Shown: piece after piece, positions 11,551 through 21,810 of the stretch
Position numbering within the stretch: position 1 is the stretch's first letter
Layout: each line of letters starts with the position of its first letter
Assembly (NCBI GenBank): GCA_951406725.2
Contig: OX597826.1
Coordinates: 71,920,001 to 71,984,000, forward strand
Reading direction: 5' to 3'
Source of the DNA: Octopus vulgaris
Taxonomy: Eukaryota
DNA length: 64,000 nt
Position numbers and translations under genes: made by a program
Notes under the pieces: generated by a model
The model's database searches: none
What the model was told of the DNA's origin: nothing
Seen by the model: the letters and a program-made list of their open reading frames with translations, nothing else

Positions 11551-11744
11551 ATAAGTTGTCCGTCTGTTACCTGTAACATTACAGAGCAACTAGGTGAAGT
11601 GAGGCCATGGTAGACTAAAGTATTCTAACCACAAAATACCAGCAGTGTATTTGACTCCCTGATCCATCAAACATCATACAATGTTTTATTAGAAAAAACT
11701 ATTACACTCAGCCTGTCCACATGACCACCCTATATCAAATAAAC

Positions 11745-12178
11745 TCCAGTGGCACGTAAAAGCACCATCCGTTCGTTTCCGTTGCCAGCCTCGCCTGGCC
11801 CCCGTGCAGGTGACACGTAAAAGCACCATCCGTTCGTGGCCATTTGCCAGCTCTGTCTGGCCCCCGTGTCGGTGGCACGTAAAAGCACCATCCGTTCGTG
11901 TCCGTTGCCAGCCTCGCCTGGCCTCCGTGCCGGTCACACGTAAAAGCACCATCCGTTCGTGGCCGTCTGCCAGCTCTGTCTGGCACCTGTGCGGGTGGCA
12001 CGTAAAAAGCACCCACTACACTCACGGAGTGGTTGGCGTTAGGAAGGGCATCCAGCCGTAGAAACACTGCCAGATCTGACTGGGCCTGATGAAGCCTTCC
12101 AGCTTCACAGACCCCAGTTGAACCGTCCAACCCATGCTAGCATGGAAAACGGACGCTAAATGATGATGATGATGATGA
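11745..12178 (+). mobile_element. SINE family B with internal ~61-bp tandem repeat (A-B-A-B)
   Basis: Four units starting cacgtaaaagcaccatccgttcgt, followed by the normal body and (TGA)n tail. Confidence 0.9.
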
Positions 12179-12224
12179 TATGTGCTAAACTAAAGTCCGT
12201 TTTTCTGTTGAATCCTTGATCCAG

Positions 12225-12347
12225 GTACATGAAGACTCGAATGTCAACCGTGATGCATACATACCCAATCCTTCCTGTACATGGTTCGCTGAATATGAAT
12301 GGATTGGTCAGCTGATGGGAGCTTGTTTCCGCAGTAAAGAAAATTTA
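12225..12347 (+). CDS. HECTD3: HECTD3 coding exon 7
   Basis: gatccAG / TTA|GTAAGA; [41 protein letters not shown]. Confidence 0.95.
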
Positions 12348-13572
12348 GTAAGAAGTATTGTTCTCTTCCTATTTATTCCTTTTTTTTTTTTAAATTTAAA
12401 TTTCATTCTTGTGGGGTTTTTTCCCCTCTTTTTCTTCTTCCTTTGTTTTTATTTTTTTTTCTCCTTTGTTGATCAGAAAATATATTTGAGTCAATTTTTA
12501 GAACTTCTTTGATAATCACATGACTTTTCTTTTTTTTTAACAGTAGCCAATTAGAGAACTTCTGTGTAAGTCGTGTAATCTGTAATATGACAGCCAATAA
12601 AAACTAGCAGGACATGTTCTAGATCCTACATGAATGACAAAACTTAAGGTGTAGTTACAGGCTTCTACATGTAGCTGTGGAGGTATGGAAAGTGGGGAGA
12701 AGAGAGAGAGAGAGAGACTACTCCAAATAATTCTAGCAGTGGAACCAGCTAATGATGGTGACAATTAGAGGATCACAAGGAGTATGAAGGATTTGAAAGC
12801 ATGGAAATCAATTTCCATGTTGGCATGTGTTGGATGGATTTTCATGACCTGAGTAAGCACCGATTCTGGTGCTCTCAGATGAAGGACAATCATGTCTTGT
12901 GCGAACTGTCCAAGCACTTACAAAATTATTTCATGTGTATTGTTGTTGTTGCATGGTTAGATCATTGGCAACCCCACCAAGCTGGCCTGGTGAGGAGGGT
13001 TTTTTTGGGACACCCTGTGGGAAGGAAAACAAAACTCATAAGAGCCAATGGCCATCCAATAGTGTGTATATAGAAGAGTTAACTTTGGTGATGAAAAATC
13101 CCTGAGCCGGGGTTACGATGAAGTCATGGGGAGCAGCATGGCGGATGTGAAGTTGGACATTTTAATCTTCATTTGATGTGTGATCTTCATTCGGCAAAAT
13201 TACATGACACAATCTGGGGAGAAGAGCCTCTTTAGCCAATGGTCAGTCTAGTGCCAACCAATCCAGTTGGCAGATTACTATCAGTTGAGAGAACTCACTT
13301 TGTCAACTTGAAAAGATTATGGAGTTCTGGAACCTCATAGTATCACTGATTGAAGTTGGATGATTAGTAGCAGTAGTAGCAATAGTAGTAGTAATGTTAT
13401 TCTCTTATGCACCTGACTCCTATGAAGCCTGTCTTCTCTGCCTGCATGTGACCCCCACTACATGCTACTGCTGTATCCATACTTTTTATACTCTGTGTGT
13501 GTTTGTGTATAGATGTAAAAATGAACCAAAATTGAGAAAATAATGAAAGAAGTTCAACCAATCTCTTTCTCT

Positions 13573-14040
13573 TTAACACTTTCGTTACTGTATTTATTTT
13601 GAGATGCTCTGTGTTTCTTTCAATTACTTTAAATATAACAAAGAACTAACAGTATCGCCCAGCGTTGCTCGGGTTTGTTTCAACCCTTTAGAATTGGAAT
13701 TTTTGAAAAGTAAAAATTTTGCATTATGTAGCTTGTTATTCTCTTTAAGTGAACATTTTTCTGGTTGAAATACACCGTCAAAAAATCGTAAAAAATAGGG
13801 ATTTTCATAGAAAAAAAGCACCTTTTTGATGTAAATAATTTTTGGTGTTAACATGGTCTGATTTAAATTTTTTCTTCAACGGAATGAAGAGCAAGCCTTC
13901 TTCTATTATACTCTCAATTTTGGTCAACTTATGCTGCAGGTCTCGGAGGAGATAGTGTTAGTTGAAGGCTACCAAACCTGCCATACACAGACAACTTCAG
14001 CTTTATATATATAGAGATTTAGTAAAATAACTTAGTAATC
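13573..14040 (+). mobile_element. MITE family F (piggyBac-like), interrupted by a Helitron
   Basis: ttaacactttcgttactgtatttattttgagatgctctgtg matches the uninterrupted copy at 50887-51105. Confidence 0.65.
13646..14017 (-). mobile_element. Non-autonomous Helitron
   Basis: Minus strand begins TC(tctatatatataaagc) and ends with hairpin cccgagcaacgctggg then TTAG; inserted between A and T with no TSD. Confidence 0.8.
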
Positions 14041-14064
14041 ATGTCTGACTATAGTGAGTTGCCA

Positions 14065-14255
14065 TGATAGATCGTTAGCCACTACACACATTTTTTTCTC
14101 TCCTTGTTTCTTTCTGTGTTCTTTTCTGTAGAAGAGCGTAGGCTCGAAACGTAAAAGACATTTTCTATTTCTGAGCATTATACTAATACATCTGTTTGTT
14201 TTCTACACCACCTGTCTTCGTCTTTTGTTGTTTTTTTCGTAAACTCTCCCTATAG
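14065..14255 (+). mobile_element. Short Penelope-pLTR-like element with hammerhead-like motif (14120-14158)
   Basis: tctttt-ctgtaga-a-gagc-gtag-gctc-gaaac-gta-aaaga; copies at 26082-26215 and 38985-39147. Confidence 0.6.
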
Positions 14256-14356
14256 TGGATTAACTTTACATGTAACAGTGATGTGCTGTCAATATAGCCA
14301 TGTCATGAAACATAGCCGTAGATTGCTAACCTAACTGTAACTATATATCTTTCCAG

Positions 14357-14446
14357 GTGCTGTCTTTAGCCCCGTTTGTATGGAAACAGCTGTCGGGTGA
14401 AAATCTCAGTTGGGCCCAAGACTTTGCTACAGTTGATGCTGCTGAG
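14357..14446 (+). CDS. HECTD3: HECTD3 coding exon 8
   Basis: tttccAG / GAG|GTATGG; [30 protein letters not shown]; too short for the ORF track, read directly. Confidence 0.95.
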
Positions 14447-14724
14447 GTATGGTATTTGTTATTTTTGAAATCCTGTCTATGTTGTTCGTAATCCCATCCA
14501 CCATCTTCTCATCCTGTTAGTTTCTACTTGTTTGTCAAACCTGCTAGAAATAGCAGCCGGGCTTTTCTAAAAATTTCAGTCTACAGTCTTAAAGAAGAAA
14601 AGACACATTGGATCATGTAACCCTAGGTACATTGTGTCTGAGAAAGATGGCTTGGATATTGCTGGAATGTCTTTGGTCATTGGTCTGCTTGATTTAAGTT
14701 TACCTGAGGCCAAGCAAGTATCTT

Positions 14725-15125
14725 TTATCTCTTACTTGTTTCAGTCATTGGACTGTGGCCATGCTATGGCACCACTTTGAAGGGTTTAGTTGAACAAATT
14801 GACCCCAGGACTTATTTTCTTTCTGAAATCTGGTACTTATTCTATCATACTCTTTTGTTTTGTCAAACTGCTAAACAAACCAACACCAATTGTTAAGCCA
14901 AGTGGGGACAAGCACAAAGATGCACACATCCACTTCCTCTCTCACACACACACACACACACATGATGGTTTTTCACACACAGTTTCTGACTATCAGATTC
15001 ATTCACAAGGCATTAGTTAGCCCGGAGCTATAGTGGAAGATACTTGCCCAAAGTGTCAGGCAATGGGACTGAACCCGCAACCACTTGGTTGCAAAATGCC
15101 CTTCATAATCACTCAGCCACACCTA
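14725..15125 (-). mobile_element. SINE family C
   Basis: gtttcagtcattggactgtggccatgct ... (CA)n ... tacttgcccaaagtg...gggactgaaccc. Confidence 0.7.
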
Positions 15126-15315
15126 AGCCTATGTGAATGCTATTATTTCTTCTGCCGTCGCTGGGCCCTTTTGACAGCCACTATTTGGTTCTTATTCCAT
15201 GATATGAAGCAATAAGAGATAAGTCTTTTCTTGGATATGCCATCCAACTTTTACTAAGGGAATCTATGTAAGGTAGTGTGCTGGCAGAATCGTTAGCATG
15301 CCAGATGAAATGCTT

Positions 15316-15859
15316 GTTCCTTCTTGAGCCATGCCTGGCTCATAAGGGCTGGTTTCCCGGTTTCCTTGGCGTATAGGTTCCCCACCTGGACGGGACGCCA
15401 GTCCGTCACAGGTGAGCTGCAAGATGCAGGAGGAAAGAGTGAGAGAAAATTGTGGCGAAAGAGTCAGCTGAAGTTTGCCCTGACCTTCAGCTGGAGGCAC
15501 GTGGAGCTCATAAACACACACATTGCCCAGTTTGAGATTCGAACCTATGATCCCTCAACCGCGAGTCCGCTGCTCTAACCACTAGGCCATATGCCTCCGC
15601 TTGCGCCCTTTTAAAACCTAGCCAGGCTCATGGGCCCAGTTTCCCGGTTTCTATGGCGTATGTGTTTCCCAGCTGGATGGGACACCAGTCCATCCAGCTG
15701 GGAAACACATACGCAGCGTTACTCATTTTTGCTAGCTGAGTGGAGTAACGTGAAATGAAGTGTTTTGCTCAAGAACACGCGTTGCTCGGTCCAGGAATCG
15801 AAACCACAATCTTACGATCATGGTGCTGACACCCTAACCACTAAGCCACGCGCCTCCAT
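15316..15859 (-). mobile_element. Two tandem family D SINEs (different subfamilies) inserted in a family A head; 12-bp TSD
   Basis: gatgaaatgctt at 15304-15315 and 15860-15871; each unit ends ctaaccacta(g/a)gcca..gcctcc. Confidence 0.8.
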
Positions 15860-15963
15860 GATGAAATGCTTAGTGGTGCTTCATTCAATAAAAATAAAAT
15901 TCTGTTTAGTCTTCCTGTGTTTTTTTTTTCTTAATTGTGTTGTTGTTCTACATTCTACTCCAG

Positions 15964-16167
15964 GTGAAGCTGCTGGAGACCTTAGTCAATTTAGATGAAC
16001 ATAAATTTCTGCCTGAGAACCGGTTATGGAGTACAACGTTGAGTGATGGCACTGAAGTCCACTTACGTCTGGACGAAGATGGTAACCCACGTCGACTTAA
16101 ATATGATGAAAGGAGAGACTACTGTGCTGAGGTGAAGAAGATTCGGATGTCTGAAAGCTCAAAACAG
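15964..16167 (+). CDS. HECTD3: HECTD3 coding exon 9
   Basis: actccAG / CAG|GTAAGG; VKLLETLVNLDEHKFLPENRLWSTTLSDGTEVHLRLDEDGNPRRLKYDERRDYCAEVKKIRMSESSKQ. Confidence 0.93.
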
Positions 16168-16274
16168 GTAAGGACATTACTCAGTAGGTCACTGGTCCTA
16201 AGATACAGTGTTGCTCATTAACCATGTTCCTTGCATGCCCCTCCAGCTGAGTGTTCCTAATCTTGCAGGCTCAT

Positions 16275-16555
16275 GGCTGTTGGTGCCATGTAAAAAGCAC
16301 CCATACCATCATCATCATCATTGTTTAACGTCTGCTTTCCATGCTAGCATGGGTTGGATGATTTGACTGAGGGCTGGCAAACCAGATGGCTGCACCAGGC
16401 TCCAATCTTGATCTGGCAGAGTTTCTACAGCTGGATGCCCTTCCTAATGCCAACCACTCTGAGAGTGTAGTGGGTGGTTTTACGTGCCACCAGCACAAAG
16501 CCAGTCAGGTGGTACTGGCAACGATCTCGCTCGAATCTTTTACACATGCCACCGG
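16275..16555 (-). mobile_element. SINE family B
   Basis: (CAT)n tttaacgtctgctttccatgctagcatgggttgg... Confidence 0.75.
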
Positions 16556-16960
16556 AAAATCCCAGAAGGCCTTGTACCAAACTTTGGTATTGAAAGTTAG
16601 TCAGACTGAAGAATGGGGCGCCACTGCATAGTACCAAAGATCCCAGCAACGCCATCAAAATACTGCAACAGCTTGGGCTTCAAAGGCCCACAGCTCTTCA
16701 ATATCCTTCCAAAATGCCTGAGAGACCTGCATGGTGTGGATGTAAGTGTCTTTAAAACAAAATTGGACCTCTTCCTGTGAAGGGTTCCAGACGAATCTAC
16801 CTCACAACAGGAAACACAGATGAGGGCAGTGGCATCAAATTCCCTCATTGACCAAATTCCACATATCAGAGGATGTTTCAAATATTGGTGTAGCTCAGTC
16901 AATGGTGGTGCCCCAGCATGACCACAGCTTTGAAGCTGAAACATTTTTAAAGGTTTTAAA
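16555..16960 (+). mobile_element. CR1/L2-like LINE 3' end (RT C-terminus and tail)
   Basis: Reads EGLVPNFGIES...RHCIVPKIP...NSLGFKGPQLFNILPKCLRDLHGVDVSVFKTKLDLFL*RVPDE...ASNSLIDQI; tail ccccagcatgaccacagctttgaagctgaaac. Confidence 0.75.
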
Positions 16961-17134
16961 GATATGTATGTATGTATGTATGAATGTGTGTGTGTGTATA
17001 TATATATATAAGTCACAATATATGGATTCAGGTAATCTGGTGGTACTCATAAAAAACCCTCAATGTATCATTCTAGAAAACATAGAAATATATAGTGTGG
17101 TACAAGAGAAAATGATAAGGAGTGTATAAAGTGA

Positions 17135-17835
17135 TAAATAACACAAAAATAGCTTGATGAAATCTTATTTAATAATAAGAAAATTCTAAAATCATGACAA
17201 ATTGTTTCGTAACTTAAAAACATGTAAATAATTTATATTATTATATTTAATAGTAAGTAAATTATTTATGTGTCTGCATTATTTTGAAGAATTTTTTTCA
17301 TTTTATATTAATGCAGACGTGAGTAATTTATTTATTATTAAATAAAATAATATAAATTATTTACATGTTTTTAAGTTACAAAACAATTTGTTGTGATATT
17401 AGAATTTTCTTACTGTTAAATAAAATTTCATCAAACTATTTCTCTATCATTTATGACTACATATATATATATAGGTACTGTAAGTTTAGAGTGATAAGTG
17501 TAAGCACCTGTATATGCCAGATAGTGGCAGAGGTGAGAGAATATATCAAACATAAATTAAAAACAGAACACAAAGGATATCGTGGTACACATGTAATAAC
17601 AGATATACCTATGCTGATGTAATAACAGATTGTTTATAAAGCTTGAAACATGTGTACCACGATATCCTTTGTGTTCTGTTTTTAATTTGTTTTATATATA
17701 TATATAGTGTATGTGTCTCGTTTATATGCCAAATTTGCTACAGAATAGCATCCAAGGAACCACTCCCTACATGACGCTGAGCTTTCTCCAATGCTATCTC
17801 GCAGTAAATTTGGCATATAAATAAAACACATATTG
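17135..17835. repeat. Three consecutive AT-rich foldback elements (about 17140-17445, 17547-17695, 17705-17835)
   Basis: For example aattaaaaacagaacacaaaggatatcgtggtacacatg / catgtgtaccacgatatcctttgtgttctgtttttaatt, and tttatatgccaaattt / aaatttggcatataaa. Confidence 0.85.
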
Positions 17836-17996
17836 TATGTATGTGTGACTGATAACAATTAAATTACAAGAGCTGTCTTTATAATTTGTAATTATGTGTA
17901 TATATATATGTATCAAAATGCATAAGATGATTAAGATGATGATGTCTGAGATTATCGGTTAAATTGTGTCTTTTGCATTTTGCTGCAATATTTCAG

Positions 17997-18126
17997 ATCG
18001 CTGCCATTCGTAAAGGATTGTTACAAGTAATTCCAGAAGATGTTCTTCGACTCACCACATGGCAGGAACTTGAGAAACGGGTATGTGGCGAGGCTGAGAT
18101 TACTGTGGAGGCTTTACAGAAAAGCG
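17997..18126 (+). CDS. HECTD3: HECTD3 coding exon 10
   Basis: atttcAG / G|GTGAGT; IAAIRKGLLQVIPEDVLRLTTWQELEKRVCGEAEITVEALQKS. Confidence 0.95.
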
Positions 18127-18425
18127 GTGAGTTCTACTACCATGACAGTCTGGATCTATGGACAGATTAATTATGTACACCATATTTTCCTGCATACAAG
18201 TCAATGTAGTGTTTAGTGTAAAAATGTAGTGCAAACATTCAACCATCGCTACTATCTTTTCAAATTCTGTTGTATTTCACATGGAATTTTCAGTCTCCCA
18301 AAATTGTCTTCGTGTATGAGCCAACCTATAAATATATATAAAAATATATGTAAATATGTATAAGTATAAATATAATGTATAAATATATATGATAGTTTAA
18401 AAGTTTTGAATTAATTATTCAAAGC

Positions 18426-18515
18426 ATCTTACGGTCGTTTCACAGAAGAGTTGTCCCTATAATGAAATCCTGTATTGATAAGCATTTATAGACAACGCTT
18501 CTGCTCTTCAGAGAT
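18426..18515 (-). ncRNA. Type-I hammerhead ribozyme motif with intact core
   Basis: AUCU-CUGAAGA-[GCAGAAGCGUUGUC...GACAACUCUUCUGU]-GAAAC-GACC-GUA^-AGAU: core, stem I (AUCU/AGAU) and a long stem II are all present. Confidence 0.75.
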
Positions 18516-18775
18516 ATAAAATATGAACATTGTATAACATATCGAATGATAGTTTTTTTTTTAAATATGAAGTAAAACTGTAAACTGGTGTTTGTTTGAA
18601 ATATAAATTAAAAATTACTGCTTTTGACGAGAGTCTTTAAATCCATATATACTTCCTTGGTTATTCTACTGTGATAATCCATAATATTCTTATGTAAAAT
18701 CCGTTATATTACCTTGTATTTTAAATATAGTTAGTTTAGAAATGTGAAATTTGTATAACATTTTGTCTGTAGATA

Positions 18776-19285
18776 AGGTGATGAGCTGGCAGAATCATTA
18801 CTGTGCTGGGAAAAAATGTTTAGTAGCATTTTGTATGTCTTTACTTTCTGAGTTCAAATCCCACCTTTTGGGGTCGATAAAATAAGTACCAGTTGAGTAC
18901 TGGGGTCAATATAATCGACTTATCACCTCCTCTGAAATTGCTGGCCTTGTGCCAAAACTTGAAAACCCCTTATGTCTGTAAATATAATTACCATATGCAT
19001 ATCATGTCGATGTAAATATCCTTTCTACATCTATACATGTGTAGACTCTTACATCTGTGTAAATATTTTTCTTTATTTCTTTATTGCTCTCAAGGGGCTA
19101 AACATAGAGGGGACAAAGAAGGACAGACAAAGGGATTAAGTCGATTACATCAACCCCAGTGCGTAACTGGTACTTAATTTATTGACCTCGAAAGGATGAA
19201 AGGCAAAGTTGACCTTGGCGGAATCTGAACTCGGAATGTAACAGCAGACGAAATACTGCTAAGCATTTCTGCCAGCTCGCCACCT
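18776..19285. mobile_element. Inverted pair of family A SINEs (18776-18965 +, 19074-19285 -)
   Basis: gagctggcagaatc...ggggtcgataaaataagtaccag and the reverse complement ctggtacttaatttattgacc...ttctgccagctc. Confidence 0.8.
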
Positions 19286-19397
19286 GTGTTTATATTTTTC
19301 TTGGCCATCTGTCTGTATATATGCATGCATAAAAATTTATTTAGGTGTAGATGTGTCTGTGTGTGTGTGTCCATTTTAATTTGTTGTCTGCTTACAG

Positions 19398-19551
19398 TCC
19401 ATCTTGTAGACCTGGAGCCTAATGACTTACAAGTGAAGCACTTCTGGGAAGCTGTGAAGAATTTTTCCAATGAAGACCGAAGTCGATTACTGCGTTTTGT
19501 TACTGGAAGACGGCGCCTCCCTGCTCCCATTTACCTTTCTTCTGCTAAACC
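19398..19551 (+). CDS. HECTD3: HECTD3 coding exon 11 (HECT C-lobe)
   Basis: cttacAG / CC|GTAAGT; [50 protein letters not shown]. Confidence 0.96.
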
Positions 19552-19627
19552 GTAAGTGCACAAACACACACATATATATGTACATATATGATGGGAATCT
19601 TGTAGTTTCCATCTCAGTAATTTCACT

Positions 19628-19703
19628 CACAAGTTCTTGGCTAGCCTGCAGCTTCAGTAGAAGGCACCTTCTACTAAAGCTGCAGGCTGGCCAAGAACTT
19701 GTG
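19628..19703. repeat. 76-nt near-perfect hairpin (37-bp arms)
   Basis: cacaagttcttggctagcctgcagcttcagtagaagg-ca-ccttctactaaagctgcaggctggccaagaacttgtg. Confidence 0.9.
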
Positions 19704-19789
19704 CTGATAGTATCCCAGCAGCAGGCATGAACAATCAAGCACCTGGTTTAAAAGTAAAATTTCTTAAGCACATGACCTATCTACATATA

Positions 19790-20015
19790 TCATCATCATA
19801 ATCAAATGTCCATTTTCCATGCTGGCATGGGTTGGACGGTTTGACTGGAGCTGACCAGGCTCCAATTGTCTGTTGTGGCATGGTTTCTATGGCTGGATGC
19901 CCTTTTCTGATGCCAACTACTTTACAGAGTGTACAGGGTGCTTTTTATGTAGTAACAGCACCAGTGCTTTATATGTAAACCGTCACGGGTGCCTTTTATG
20001 TGGACTGGCATGGGT
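19790..20015 (-). mobile_element. SINE family B
   Basis: ttttccatgctggcatgggttggacgg...ggctggatgccc. Confidence 0.7.
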
Positions 20016-20170
20016 GCTCAAGGCAAAAACCTTACTTTTACATATATATAAAAGTAAGCACATATGTAGAACAAGTTGGAAAAAATAGTAGTTGGATATT
20101 AAAAGTAAAGTAAACCTTCTCTGACTGTTATTCAGTCTCATGTAACCAGTCGTTAGACACTTGTGATAAT

Positions 20171-20483
20171 GAGGGACCCCTTTGGTCATGAATAACCATG
20201 GGATTGCGCCTAGAAAATTCCCCTCTGAGGCATAAGTCTGGGCAAGGTTGTTCATGGAAGACCAGCAGTCACCCATGCATACCAGCCTCCCCTATCCATG
20301 CCATCAATGTTATCCAAGGGAAAGGCAAAGGGGCCGATGCTGCTTGGCACCAGTGACGTTGCAACTCATTTCTACAGCTGAGTTAACTGGAGCAAGAGCA
20401 ACATAAAGCCCAGTCCAAGAATTGAACTCACTAGCTTATAATTGTGAGCCTGACGCTCTAATCACTGAGCCATGCGCCTTCAC
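20171..20483 (-). mobile_element. SINE family D variant with TSD ttgtgataat
   Basis: Flanked by ttgtgataat on both sides; same subfamily as 29870-30210. Confidence 0.8.
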
Positions 20484-20603
20484 TTGTGATAATACACACT
20501 AATGTGTGTGTGATTACACACACACAGATCTGCAGCTTGAATCAAAATTTAAAAATTTTTGTATTTTATCATGTTTTATTTCTTTGTTTTTTTCTTCTTT
20601 TAG

Positions 20604-20672
20604 TGAAGTGGACAACGTCCTTCCTGAGTCATCAACCTGTGGTAACATGTTATTTATGCCCAGATATTCAAG
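20604..20672 (+). CDS. HECTD3: HECTD3 coding exon 12, containing the catalytic Cys (TGT 20638-20640)
   Basis: cttttAG / AG|GTTTGT; EVDNVLPESSTCGNMLFMPRYS matches the HECT LPxxxTC motif. Confidence 0.95.
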
Positions 20673-20869
20673 GTTTGTACACCTTTGCTCTCTGTCTTCA
20701 CACTTGTTCACCCTTTCTTCTATACTTGTTGTACATTCTACCCTTATCGTAAGTTGTTTTTGCCCTGTTAACTCTACTTATAGAAATTATTTTATTTTTA
20801 TTCTTTAAGCTTTTTACTCCCTATGGAGCATGGGCCATCAACAATTTTTCTCCACTTCCCATGTAGTAT

Positions 20870-21132
20870 CATGTAAAAGCATTCATGTGGTTCCACATAA
20901 AAGCAACTGTGCGGTGCCACTTAAAAGCACCCATACAGTGCCATAAAAAGGCACCCAGCACACTCTGTAAAGTGGTTGGTGTTAGGAAGGGTATCCAGCC
21001 ATAGAAACCATGCCAAATCATACTGGAATCTGGTGCAGTCTACCGGCTTTCCCACTCTAGTTATGCCATCCAACCCATGCCAGCATGGACAACGGATGCT
21101 AAATGCTGATGATGATGATGACAATGATGATG
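20870..21132 (+). mobile_element. SINE family B
   Basis: gtggttggtgttaggaagggtatccagc...ccaacccatgccagcatgg...(TGA)n. Confidence 0.75.
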
Positions 21133-21214
21133 TCCCTGACTCTGGATTCCCTGAAGGAAAGCCTTCTTCTCTTGGGTTTTGTTGGTTTTGAATTGTCATT
21201 GATGCTTCTCTAAA

Positions 21215-21405
21215 TTTGCCTTTTTTTTACAAGATAGAGGCATTTTTACCTCTGGGAAGAGGTGGTCACTACTAGTCTGGCCTCTCTCCTTTGACTTGTA
21301 CATTATGGGATGTCCTACCAGGAGCTGACACTCCAGTGGCATAGCTCTCAGGGTCATTGAGACACAAAAAGCCATCACACCACAAGGACTGGGCCTTGTG
21401 GTAGA
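21215..21405 (-). mobile_element. RTE-type LINE 5' region fragment (second copy at 50040-50260)
   Basis: Minus strand ccttgtggtgtgatggc...ctcaatgaccctgagagctatgcc...ggtagg...gtcaaaggagagaggccagac resembles RTE/BovB 5' sequences. Confidence 0.5.
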
Positions 21406-21515
21406 TGTATAAACTTACATGTTAGAAAAACTCAAGGAAGGGCATTCTTAGAATAGCTTTGACAATTTTATATAGAGTGGTGTGTGTTGTGTGGTTCTGT
21501 AGAACCCCTGGCTCA

Positions 21516-21764
21516 GATTGGTTCTCAACTGGGGTCCGTATAAGATTTTATTATTCAAATTTATGTATGATTATGATAATGAATAAATTGGTTATACTTC
21601 CACAATACACAAAATATTTTAACTGTTTTTTTTTTATACAGTTCCTAATTATATTTAATTATAAAAATATAAGATTGTTTGAACATCGAAATGGCTATGA
21701 GGGTCCAGTGGAGTAGAATAAGTATCAAAGGGGTCCATAGGTAAAAAGTGATTGAGAACCAATG
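21516..21764. mobile_element. hAT (Charlie-like) MITE
   Basis: TIRs attggttctcaa / ttgagaaccaat with subterminal ggggtcc motifs. Confidence 0.6.
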
Positions 21765-21810
21765 ACTTAGATGTTACCCTATTTTCTCATGGTATTTTTG
21801 TAATGTTGTA

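Noticed and set aside
11745-12010. CRISPR-like regularly spaced repeats
   Set aside because: The intervening segments are themselves repeated (A-B-A-B), the array is inside a SINE, the context is eukaryotic and there are no cas genes.
12222-12230. AG|GT recursive-splice-like sites at the starts of exons 7-9
   Set aside because: Explained by Val codons at phase-0 exon starts.
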